20,000 bases of DNA, taken from the IMG/VR virus record IMGVR_UViG_3300028666_000003. One strand, written 5' to 3'. A program made the translations under genes and the position numbers. Shown piece by piece: positions 8,365 to 16,164 of this stretch (its first letter is position 1; the number at the start of each line of letters is the position of its first letter). Source of the stretch: an uncultured virus (IMG/VR IMGVR_UViG_3300028666_000003) (taxonomy: Duplodnaviria > Heunggongvirae > Uroviricota > Caudoviricetes). The notes beneath the pieces are model-generated. The model was not told the origin of the DNA. It saw nothing but the letters and a program-made list of their open reading frames with translations, and searched no databases.

Positions 8365-8527
8365 CGCAAATCTCCAGAGTAACAAAGGTGGGCAAGGTCA
8401 GGTGCTCAGCAACTCCTGTGACCTTGCATTTTTGGCCGTCCACTCGGAACTCATCGCCTTGCTTGAATTTCCGCTCAAGTCTCACCTTGACTCTGAGGGT
8501 GTCAACAACCAGGACATACTCTCGCAT
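8357..8527 (-). CDS. Hypothetical protein (56 aa; not in ORF track)
   Basis: Manual translation MREYVLVVDTLRVKVRLERKFKQGDEFRVDGQKCKVTGVAEHLTLPTFVTLEICDV*; AAGGAG SD at 8538-8543 after element P7. Confidence 0.7.
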   Translation of the reverse strand: MREYVLVVDTLRVKVRLERKFKQGDEFRVDGQKCKVTGVAEHLTLPTFVTLEICDV

Positions 8528-8551
8528 GTTGGGGGTTCTCCTTCTACCTAA

Positions 8552-8584
8552 AGAATACGTCTAAATCGGTTCAAACGCTAGTTA
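8552..8584 (-). promoter_or_regulatory. Promoter element P7 (no clear hairpin)
   Basis: Minus strand C-TAGCGT-TTGAACCGATTTAGACG-TATTCT; shares CTAGCGTTTG with P1 and the TTTAGGTA downstream sequence with P2/P6. Confidence 0.6.
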
Positions 8585-8731
8585 CTGAGGCCCGAAATCG
8601 AATAATGGGTGATCACCGTGTATGGAGGTGACAATGGCAGGGAGGTCAGTTTCTTCCTCCATACACTGTGGAAACTGGAGTTCACACGATCCAACGATGT
8701 TACAAGTTGCGCAAACCCCAGGTGATGCCAT
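8582..8731 (-). CDS. Small Cys-rich protein (49 aa; not in ORF track)
   Basis: MASPGVCATCNIVGSCELQFPQCMEEETDLPAIVTSIHGDHPLFDFGPQ*; ATG abuts the TAA of the SbcDC gene; GGAGG SD 5 nt upstream; fills the gap exactly. Confidence 0.6.
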   Translation of the reverse strand: MASPGVCATCNIVGSCELQFPQCMEEETDLPAIVTSIHGDHPLFDFGPQ

Positions 8732-11674
8732 TTAATCCTCCATAAGCGTAGCCAATCCGTTTTTCTTACAAACCGTAATGCTCTCGTGTAGCATGTTAGC
8801 CAGATTGGTGTGACTTGTCACAAAGATGGTGAGGTCCAAGTCCTTGGCCATCTCTTCCAGGACAGTAACCGTATTCTCTAGTCCTGTCTCATCAAGGGTA
8901 TCAAAGAGTTCATCCAGCAGAAGGATAGACATCTTGATCCGATTGTTAGCCACCCGGAATAGAGCAAGCATTACACATATGTCAATACGCCTTCGCTCCC
9001 CACTGGAATTACCACCATAGAGGTCAGATCCTTCTGAGTTATAAGCCTTGATTGAGAACTTCTCTTTCCCTGTGTCTGATTGAGTATGGAACTCGATCTT
9101 GAGAGAGTCTCCTGCGAGTTGATCCACGTAATAATTTGCGTATTCCGTGAGTTCTGGGATGATCTGGTCAAACAGGAAGGACTTCACACCACCATTCCCA
9201 AATCCTGTGATCCAGAAAGACAGTTGCTCCAACTTCTCATCCAGATCCACTATCTGTTCCTGAAGTTCCAGAGACCTGGCATTGGCCTCTTCCAGTTTCT
9301 TCAAGGTTGCAGGGATTAGCTTGGACTCATACTCGTTTGTGGGAACATCCTTCAGGCTTGCTTTCAGGTTCTTGAGTTGAGCCTCTGACAATGTGATCTT
9401 GCTGTTGACAGTATTCCTGGTCTTCTCCAGTTTAGCCAACTCATTTATCATGAGCATCTTGGCAGATGTCCTGGTGTTGTATTCTGCCATGGCAGTGGCA
9501 ATAGCAGTCAAGCGTTCGCCAATCAATGTAATCTTGGCATCTAACAGGGCAATTGCGCTGGTGTAGGCACTACGATCCGTGCTGAGAGTGGCCATCAACT
9601 TGGCAGTATTCATGACTGGCTGTCCACACGTGGGGCAGGGCTTTCCAGCCTGTTCAGCTGCCAATGCCAATTTGGTTTCACATGTTGATAGAGCAGCCTT
9701 AGCTGTGGCTCGATCTGCCTTGGTGCCACCCAATACCCTGTTGAGTTTACCTTCCTGTTCGGACAGTTCTGTGATATCAGGAATCTCAAACGCTTCGATG
9801 GCTTTGTTCTGCTTATCCACAGCCTTTGCTGCTTCTTTCAGATCGTCTTTGAATTCAGACAACTCCTCCTGTTCGGTGTCAATACTTCCCTGCAGGTCTT
9901 TCCTACGCTTCGCCTCTTTCTCCATGAACTGAGCACTCGCTGTTTTGTAGTCAGCGAGGTTGGCCTGGAGGGTCTTCACCCCGCCTTCTATCACCCGAAG
10001 GTCTTCAGTCGCTTCCTGCTTGGAAGTCTTGAGGGCCTTCGCATCCTCTTTTACCAGATCGAGAGCAGCCGAGAACCGGGAAGTTTGGAGGATGGAATCC
10101 AGCACCCGCTTCTGGTCAGCATCGTTGCTGCTCACAAAATGGAGGTTCTCAGGACTGAAGGCCACGATAGAACTGAAGGTGGTGTAGTCCAACCCCAACA
10201 TCTGCCACAGAAGCTTCTCAGTCTCAGCCACAGAACCCTGAGTGATGGGAGTGCCATCCACGAATACGTTTAGGCCGGTTCCACCCAACTCCTTGTGCTT
10301 GCGGTATCGCTGCACCACAACGATGGTCTCATCACAGGTGAGTTCCAGTTTGACACAGCAGTCACGCTTGTTGACGTTGTTGACCACTTTGTCTGCAGGA
10401 AGATCCCTGGCAACCTGTCCAAACAAGCACCAATAGATGCTCTCAGGCAGAAGGCTGCTCTTGCCAGAACCGTTGGAGTCAAACCCTTCTGCGTCCTGAT
10501 TGTCACCTAGCACAGCGATGACATCTCCAGGGCGATTCAGGTCCAGGTTGGCGTTTGAGATTGACAAGAAGTTCTGAATGCTGACGTGGGTGAATCCCAA
10601 CTGGGTCTTGGCGCTCTGGTTGTTGGTAGCCTTTCCCAGATAATCCACACCCACCTTATGCAGCACCACATCCAAGGTGCCATCATTCACGTGCTTGAGA
10701 TACTTCTGGAGCAACTTGTCGTCTGTGGTGCTGGCGTTTACCTTGATGCGGGCCTTCTTGGCATTGGCTTGCTTGGTGGAGATGATCTTGTAGGAGCATT
10801 CAGAGTGCCCTTCAAAGGCTTGCTGGATGTCAGCCACCGACAAGTCATTGTCCAGCGTTATGTCGTAGTATCCTGGCAGAAATTCCATGTCTCTGCTTGA
10901 AGCTTTGATGCTGAAGAACTGCTTGGCCTTGGTCTTGATGGAGCGAATATGGCCCTCATCCCACATGATCCAACGCTTGGTGTCTCCCATCTCGGCTCTG
11001 GTGTGCTGAACTGGAGAGCCTACATAGCGCACGTTGGATGCAAGGGTCTGGGGTTTGTGGTAGTGGCCCAGGAGAATCTGTGCAAATTTTTCTGTGGGGA
11101 GGTCCTCAAGCGTGAGAGGGTCTTTGATCTTGTATTCCACAGGACCAATGTAGGAACCATCCACCCCTGCGTGTAGGCACAGAATGTTGTAGTGTGTGTC
11201 ATCGTCTGGATCCAAATCCAATCGCTCGATGCAGTGGATCAGGTCCTCATGGCTGGGGGTGTAAGGGATCATCCACAGGTTGGTGTCTTCCACCTCGATC
11301 ATTTCAGCAGTGTCAACGATCTGTGCAACGCCTTTGAGGGCATACACAGAGTGAATTTGCCCAGCCTTGTCTGCCTGGTCATGATTGCCAGTCATGATGA
11401 TAATTTCCAGGTCCAGCCTGGTATGAATCCAGTCAAACATGTCGTAGACATACTGCATCACATCCGTGGGAATCTGGCCCCGAAGGTGAAACACATCTCC
11501 TAGGATGACCAGATGCGTGCATCCCTTGTTGCTTGCAGATTTGGCTGCATTTGTGATTGTATTGAGAAGGTCATAGAGCCTGGAATTGATGGGTTTGTCG
11601 TTGTAGATGATGGTCTTGCCAAACTCCGAAAAATTATGGCAATGTAAGTCTGCCAAGAATGCAATCTTAGACAT
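8732..11674 (-). CDS. Fused Mre11/SbcD nuclease - Rad50/SbcC ATPase (980 aa)
   Basis: N-terminal phosphoesterase motifs DLH, GDVFH, GNHD, LHAG, GHYH; then IQNFLS, Walker A NGSGKSS, coiled coil with zinc hook CPTCGQ, signature SSGERRR, Walker B LLLDE, VTSH. Confidence 0.92.
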   Translation of the reverse strand: MSKIAFLADLHCHNFSEFGKTIIYNDKPINSRLYDLLNTITNAAKSASNKGCTHLVILGDVFHLRGQIPTDVMQYVYDMFDWIHTRLDLEIIIMTGNHDQADKAGQIHSVYALKGVAQIVDTAEMIEVEDTNLWMIPYTPSHEDLIHCIERLDLDPDDDTHYNILCLHAGVDGSYIGPVEYKIKDPLTLEDLPTEKFAQILLGHYHKPQTLASNVRYVGSPVQHTRAEMGDTKRWIMWDEGHIRSIKTKAKQFFSIKASSRDMEFLPGYYDITLDNDLSVADIQQAFEGHSECSYKIISTKQANAKKARIKVNASTTDDKLLQKYLKHVNDGTLDVVLHKVGVDYLGKATNNQSAKTQLGFTHVSIQNFLSISNANLDLNRPGDVIAVLGDNQDAEGFDSNGSGKSSLLPESIYWCLFGQVARDLPADKVVNNVNKRDCCVKLELTCDETIVVVQRYRKHKELGGTGLNVFVDGTPITQGSVAETEKLLWQMLGLDYTTFSSIVAFSPENLHFVSSNDADQKRVLDSILQTSRFSAALDLVKEDAKALKTSKQEATEDLRVIEGGVKTLQANLADYKTASAQFMEKEAKRRKDLQGSIDTEQEELSEFKDDLKEAAKAVDKQNKAIEAFEIPDITELSEQEGKLNRVLGGTKADRATAKAALSTCETKLALAAEQAGKPCPTCGQPVMNTAKLMATLSTDRSAYTSAIALLDAKITLIGERLTAIATAMAEYNTRTSAKMLMINELAKLEKTRNTVNSKITLSEAQLKNLKASLKDVPTNEYESKLIPATLKKLEEANARSLELQEQIVDLDEKLEQLSFWITGFGNGGVKSFLFDQIIPELTEYANYYVDQLAGDSLKIEFHTQSDTGKEKFSIKAYNSEGSDLYGGNSSGERRRIDICVMLALFRVANNRIKMSILLLDELFDTLDETGLENTVTVLEEMAKDLDLTIFVTSHTNLANMLHESITVCKKNGLATLMED

Positions 11675-12035
11675 CAGCTTTTCCTCCCAGATACTTCACT
11701 TCTAGTTCCCTCATGACGTAGTCCAGGAGTGACTGCGCGATCTTGATGCTGTCAGAACACTCCACTTTTCCATAGGGTTCAAACTTCCAGTCCTTGAACG
11801 CCTCCACATAGACAGAAAGAGGCACCCCATTCTGAAGGCCAATGTTCATGCTTGCAGCGAAGGCATTAGCAAACGCCTTGGCAAAGGAGCCTTCCCGGTG
11901 GATGTCGAGTTGGATACCATGGAGGGTGCCGTCATCGCGCTCAGACACACGCAGATATCCCTTCATCTCTTCCTGTCGTCCCTTGATGATGAACTTCTGA
12001 GTCCATCCCTTGTAACGATTAGTCATCTTGTTCAT
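11667..12035 (-). CDS. Stand-alone C-terminal (TSCPD-like) domain of class II ribonucleotide reductase
   Basis: KGWTQK...DGTL...DIHREGS...GLQNGVPL..YV.AF...FEPYG.V....IK.AQSLLDYVMREL...YLG matches my recollection of the NrdJ C-terminal region. Confidence 0.7.
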   Translation of the reverse strand: MNKMTNRYKGWTQKFIIKGRQEEMKGYLRVSERDDGTLHGIQLDIHREGSFAKAFANAFAASMNIGLQNGVPLSVYVEAFKDWKFEPYGKVECSDSIKIAQSLLDYVMRELEVKYLGGKADV

Positions 12036-12319
12036 GATATTGTCTTCCTTTCCTTAGCATACTCAATATATTTGAGAACTCTAACGCGTTTGGCCTCAAT
12101 AAGAGGTTCGGGGTCCAACGGCATAATCAGCACGTCACTATCCACAAGCAAAGAGAGCACACCCAGAAAATCGTGGATCTCTTGGACAATACGGTCATGG
12201 TTATTCCCATAGTCCTTGTAGGAATCGTTGATCCCAAACCGAAGGGCTTTTGACACGGCTTGCTGGACTTCAGCGCATTCCTCGGACAAGCACACAAGAA
12301 GGTGTTCAGTGACGTTCAT
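12032..12319 (-). CDS. MazG-like nucleotide pyrophosphohydrolase
   Basis: EECAEV..AVSKALRFG...EIHD: the EExxE...ExxD all-alpha NTP-PPase pattern. Confidence 0.75.
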   Translation of the reverse strand: MNVTEHLLVCLSEECAEVQQAVSKALRFGINDSYKDYGNNHDRIVQEIHDFLGVLSLLVDSDVLIMPLDPEPLIEAKRVRVLKYIEYAKERKTIS

Positions 12320-13593
12320 GATTTGTCTGCCCTTACACGATGCATGATCCCAAATTGAAGTCGCTTCTCACCGTCCTCGCACTCAGTCCAGCCTTGGAAA
12401 TGGACTTCGCACATCATGCCAGCATACTTGTTGCGATGGTTCCACAATTCCCTGCGGGTGTCCACGTCACCCTTGAGACCCACTTCACAGGAGACCCCGT
12501 TGCCAAGATCAACCAGAACCTTGGCTGCCATGTTCTCGTACTTCTTGCCCGCTTCGCCCTCCCTGATCTCCAGGATCATGAAGTCACCTTCCTTCATGAG
12601 CTTGCGCTTGTAGAGGCTGTTGCGGGTGCTGAAGTTGTAGGGCTTGTCCAACCGGATCATGAGCCCTTCTTCCCCCATGGCCACAAACTTCAGCCTCCAC
12701 TCCTCGATCAGTTCCCAGGTGACATTGGCCCCTTCGATCTGGTAGCTGGGCACCCGTTTGAGAGGCATCTCAGGTGACACGTAGTCCCAGATGTTTTTGA
12801 GGATTCGTCGGCGCGTGGAATAACTGGAAGTGTTGCGTGTGACCCACTGCGCGATGGGGATGATGTCAAAGACATGGAGCACAGCGCCTTCAGCCTGGTT
12901 TCCCGCCAGTTTCTTGACCTTGCGTGTGCCCCAGAAGTCATCCATGATCACTTCACCATCGAAGGTGAAATACTCCTGGGCACGGTCACACACGGTCTTG
13001 CATGCAGCAGTGATGTGTCCATAGTTCAACTGCTCGTGGCCATTGCGGGAATAGGCTTGAGGACTGTCGTCAATCACGTGAGCACTGCGGTCCCCATTCT
13101 TCTTAGCCTGGAAATACACGAACTGCTGCTGACGCAGAATCTTGAGGTGCCTCTCTTCCAGAGTCTCAGCCAGCATGATGCCAAACTCAGGAATAAGCTC
13201 AGGGATGGCCTTGTTCACCAGAGTGGCACCCACGCCACAGCGCAGATCCTTGAGCACTACCCTGCGGAGCACCTCCCGTTCATAGGGGATCAGGCTTCTG
13301 AGCAGGTCTTCAAACTCATTCTTGAGGGCTCCCCCAGAGACAGCATTGGATGAGGCCCTGTTCAAGAATGTGATGACATCCTTCCAGACGGAGTCAGACT
13401 GGATGAGCTCCACCCCGTTCACAAAGGGGATCTTCTGAATCCCAAACTTCTTGTAGGGATTCAGGGCCCACCACAGCATCTCCTTGAAACTACCCATGTT
13501 CTCAAACTTCTGGATAGTCTCGATCTTGTCCATGGTGCTGTTACAGGCTTCCAGTTGGTGCAGGATGCCTGCAAGTATTTTGAGGGTGGGCAT
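12316..13593 (-). CDS. ATP-dependent DNA ligase (T4 gp30-like architecture)
   Basis: N-terminal DNA-binding region (KDLRCGVG), motif I KKNGDR, YSRNG, FDGEV, VFDII, EEGLMIR, LYKRK, C-terminal OB fold ending R.DK. Confidence 0.9.
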   Translation of the reverse strand: MPTLKILAGILHQLEACNSTMDKIETIQKFENMGSFKEMLWWALNPYKKFGIQKIPFVNGVELIQSDSVWKDVITFLNRASSNAVSGGALKNEFEDLLRSLIPYEREVLRRVVLKDLRCGVGATLVNKAIPELIPEFGIMLAETLEERHLKILRQQQFVYFQAKKNGDRSAHVIDDSPQAYSRNGHEQLNYGHITAACKTVCDRAQEYFTFDGEVIMDDFWGTRKVKKLAGNQAEGAVLHVFDIIPIAQWVTRNTSSYSTRRRILKNIWDYVSPEMPLKRVPSYQIEGANVTWELIEEWRLKFVAMGEEGLMIRLDKPYNFSTRNSLYKRKLMKEGDFMILEIREGEAGKKYENMAAKVLVDLGNGVSCEVGLKGDVDTRRELWNHRNKYAGMMCEVHFQGWTECEDGEKRLQFGIMHRVRADKS

Positions 13594-14540
13594 TAAACCT
13601 CCAGAGAGTTGAACGGATTAATAAACTGCTGGAATCCAGCCAGAAGAGACACAAACTGCTGCTTGGCGAAGTGGGTCTTGAGCATGGTGATGTTCATCCG
13701 ACCATAGTCAAGAGTGATCCTGGACTTCTGCACACACTGGTGGAGCGGAGCGTGGAGGGACATCAGTTTATAGTTTAACGCTAACCGTGCCCAGCCGCTA
13801 TCGCTGAGAAGTCTCTGTCCGACAGCACTCTTCTTCAATCCCTCAGAAGGGGTGTCCCTGATAGTCTGTAGATCCCAGTTGTGCTCTGCCAGGATCTTGA
13901 GGGCAGTCTTCTCTCCAATACCTCCGACACCTGCCACGTTGTCTGAGGAATCTCCTTGTAGGCACTTCCCAAACAGGAAAGCAAGAGGGGTGGGATAGCC
14001 TCCAGTGTATTCCTGGAAGTTGTCGTGGGTGCAATACTTCAATGAATTTGGACTAAATATGGACACGTGTGGGGTGACCAACTGAAGCAAGTCCTTGTCC
14101 CCGCTCACCACCAACGTAGAATACTGCTCCACGTCAGCAGCATGAGTGAGCATTGAGATGATGTCGTCAGCCTCATAGCGTTCTGAGGACATCCAGGTGA
14201 TGGGAAGGTTCTTACCGAACAATTCCCAGAACTTCCCCACCTGTTGGTGCATGCCCTCTATGCGTTCCCGGTCCTCATCCGTGAACTCTTTGCCCCTGTT
14301 GGCTTTGTATTGGGGATCAATCTTCTGCCGGATGTTCCTGGAACCCTTGCCATCCCAGACCAGGTAGCACCGTCTGGCTGGATTCTGCCTAAGCACAGCA
14401 GAGAGCAGCCGCAGAAGTCCAAACATAACCTCAACACGCTCTCCCTTGGAGTTAGTGAGAGGTTGGGTGGCAGCTGAGATGCGGTGCGCAGCGTTGCTTG
14501 CATCGAACACTATAATATGCGTGCTCCTAGGTTTAGTCAT
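13593..14540 (-). CDS. 5'-3' exonuclease / flap endonuclease (Pol I N-terminal domain, T5 D15 / T4 RNase H family)
   Basis: VFDAS, VWDG, YKANR, YEADD, SGDKDLLQL, GDSSDNVAGVGGIGEKTA; start at 14540 has GGAG SD. Confidence 0.92.
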   Translation of the reverse strand: MTKPRSTHIIVFDASNAAHRISAATQPLTNSKGERVEVMFGLLRLLSAVLRQNPARRCYLVWDGKGSRNIRQKIDPQYKANRGKEFTDEDRERIEGMHQQVGKFWELFGKNLPITWMSSERYEADDIISMLTHAADVEQYSTLVVSGDKDLLQLVTPHVSIFSPNSLKYCTHDNFQEYTGGYPTPLAFLFGKCLQGDSSDNVAGVGGIGEKTALKILAEHNWDLQTIRDTPSEGLKKSAVGQRLLSDSGWARLALNYKLMSLHAPLHQCVQKSRITLDYGRMNITMLKTHFAKQQFVSLLAGFQQFINPFNSLEV

Positions 14541-15639
14541 CGTCTTCTCCATCGTCTTCCACGCTGGTTTTGCCCAAATAACGGTCTAGGTCTAGAGAGT
14601 CGTGCTTCAGATCGAAGGTGCCTTTGAGTGCAGCCTGACACCACTTGGGTCGGGCCTTGAGAACCCCCGCAAACCCTTCCGCCTTGAAGTTCACCTCTGC
14701 CTTAATTTTGTTGAGGGTATAGATTCCCTTGTTAGGGGCCTTCACCCAGCCACTCTTAACCATGGTCTGTAGAGTAGCAAAGACATTGTCCACGCCCCTC
14801 TCATCGAACATGATCCTGAACTCGATCTTGCGGAGGGGTGGGGCCACCTTATTCTTGACGACTTTGGCACCAGTCTTCATGCCGACGATCACTCGGGCAT
14901 CCTTGCTCTTGCCATTGTCGATCTGACCCTGTTTATTGAAGAGCACCCGGATGGAGCAAAGGTGCTTGATGATCCTGCCACCAGGAGTGTCGATGTTTCC
15001 ATCCGCATTCCAGGCCATTCCACCGATCTTGTCTCTCACTTGGTTCAGGAGTAGCAGACAGGTGTTGGAGCCCAATTCCTTGTCAATGGTGGGAAGATGC
15101 CTGGAGTTGACTCTGGACTGCTCAGCCACAAGTTGGTCCTCACCTTCCAGGTCCATCATCTTCTGGGTGATGAGCATGGGAAGAGAGTCTACGCCTACAA
15201 GCACAACAGCATTCTGGGGCACTTCCTGCTTCTTGGCCCAGGTCACCACCCGCTTGAGTTTGTCATAGAACTCTTCCATGACTCCAGGATCAACCATGAT
15301 GACAGCCTTGGGGTCACCTCCCATCTGCTTGTATCGGTCCTGATCGAAAGTGCCCTCTGCATCGAACATGACGTTGACGCCATCCCGCCGGGCATTCTCC
15401 ACCATAGCAGCCATTAGTGCCGTGGTCTTGCCACTAGACTCTGCCCCGAAGTATTCCACAATACGCCCACCTGGCAGGCCCCAACCCGTGGCGTCATCCA
15501 GACTATACACTCCAGTGGAGGTCCAATGCAGGATCTGGGCTCTCTCATCGTTGTCGAGAGTGCCGATTGAACCCGCTCCGAAAGTAGTATTGATGGATGT
15601 GAACAAGAAGTCTCTTGAGGATGTGTCTTTGATGGCCAT
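14533..15639 (-). CDS. recA: RecA/UvsX-like recombinase
   Basis: GLPGGRIVEYFGAESSGKTT, FDAE, VDSL, NQVRDKIG, TPGG, KVVKNKVAPP; start at 15639 has AGGAG SD. Confidence 0.92.
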   Translation of the reverse strand: MAIKDTSSRDFLFTSINTTFGAGSIGTLDNDERAQILHWTSTGVYSLDDATGWGLPGGRIVEYFGAESSGKTTALMAAMVENARRDGVNVMFDAEGTFDQDRYKQMGGDPKAVIMVDPGVMEEFYDKLKRVVTWAKKQEVPQNAVVLVGVDSLPMLITQKMMDLEGEDQLVAEQSRVNSRHLPTIDKELGSNTCLLLLNQVRDKIGGMAWNADGNIDTPGGRIIKHLCSIRVLFNKQGQIDNGKSKDARVIVGMKTGAKVVKNKVAPPLRKIEFRIMFDERGVDNVFATLQTMVKSGWVKAPNKGIYTLNKIKAEVNFKAEGFAGVLKARPKWCQAALKGTFDLKHDSLDLDRYLGKTSVEDDGEDDD

Positions 15640-15640
15640 T

Positions 15641-16162
15641 TCATGCTCCTGTGCTTCCGAAACCGCCAGAACCACGGTCAGTTTCTGAGAGGTTGAATAC
15701 TTCCATGATGGGCCCCATGTAGGCTGGAAGGTAGGCTATCTGGCAGATCCTGTCACCCGCTTCCCAACGCAGCACCTTGTCGCCCATGTTCTCGATCATG
15801 GCATGGATCTCACCCCTGTAATCGTGGTCGATCAGGCAGGGGGCAAAGAACATCCTGACCTTCTTCTTGGCTGCCAGGCCAGAGCGGGGAATCAGGATGC
15901 CCTGGAGCCGGAAAGGCACGTTGATCTGCTTCCAGGTGCCATCCGCTGCGTGGGACTGGACTGGCAGAAACAGGTTGTCATCGTGGATCTGATGGGCTAT
16001 TCCAAGCCCAAACAGAAGGGTTTTGCCAGAGCGAACCTGGCCACTGGTTGGAGATACAATATCAAATGCCCCAGAATGGGAAGTGCCCCGAACTGGCAGG
16101 GCACTTCCCGTATGGAGCAACTTGAATTGAACGAGTGCATCGTATTCAAGCTGCTGTGTCAT
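15641..16162 (-). CDS. dut: Trimeric dUTPase
   Basis: GAFDI, PRSGLA, IDHDYRGEI, GDRICQ, TDRGSGGFGSTG. Confidence 0.93.
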   Translation of the reverse strand: MTQQLEYDALVQFKLLHTGSALPVRGTSHSGAFDIVSPTSGQVRSGKTLLFGLGIAHQIHDDNLFLPVQSHAADGTWKQINVPFRLQGILIPRSGLAAKKKVRMFFAPCLIDHDYRGEIHAMIENMGDKVLRWEAGDRICQIAYLPAYMGPIMEVFNLSETDRGSGGFGSTGA

Positions 16163-16164
16163 GG

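Noticed and set aside
1566..8584. Repeats as a CRISPR array or integron attC sites
   Set aside because: Spacing is irregular (0.5-1.7 kb) with whole genes in between, there are no RYYYAAC/GTTRRRY ends, and no cas or integrase gene is in the window
12032..16162. MazG plus dUTPase as evidence for a modified-base (e.g. dZ or hmU) genome
   Set aside because: Both genes are common in phages, and no purZ, datZ, hydroxymethylase or similar gene is in the window
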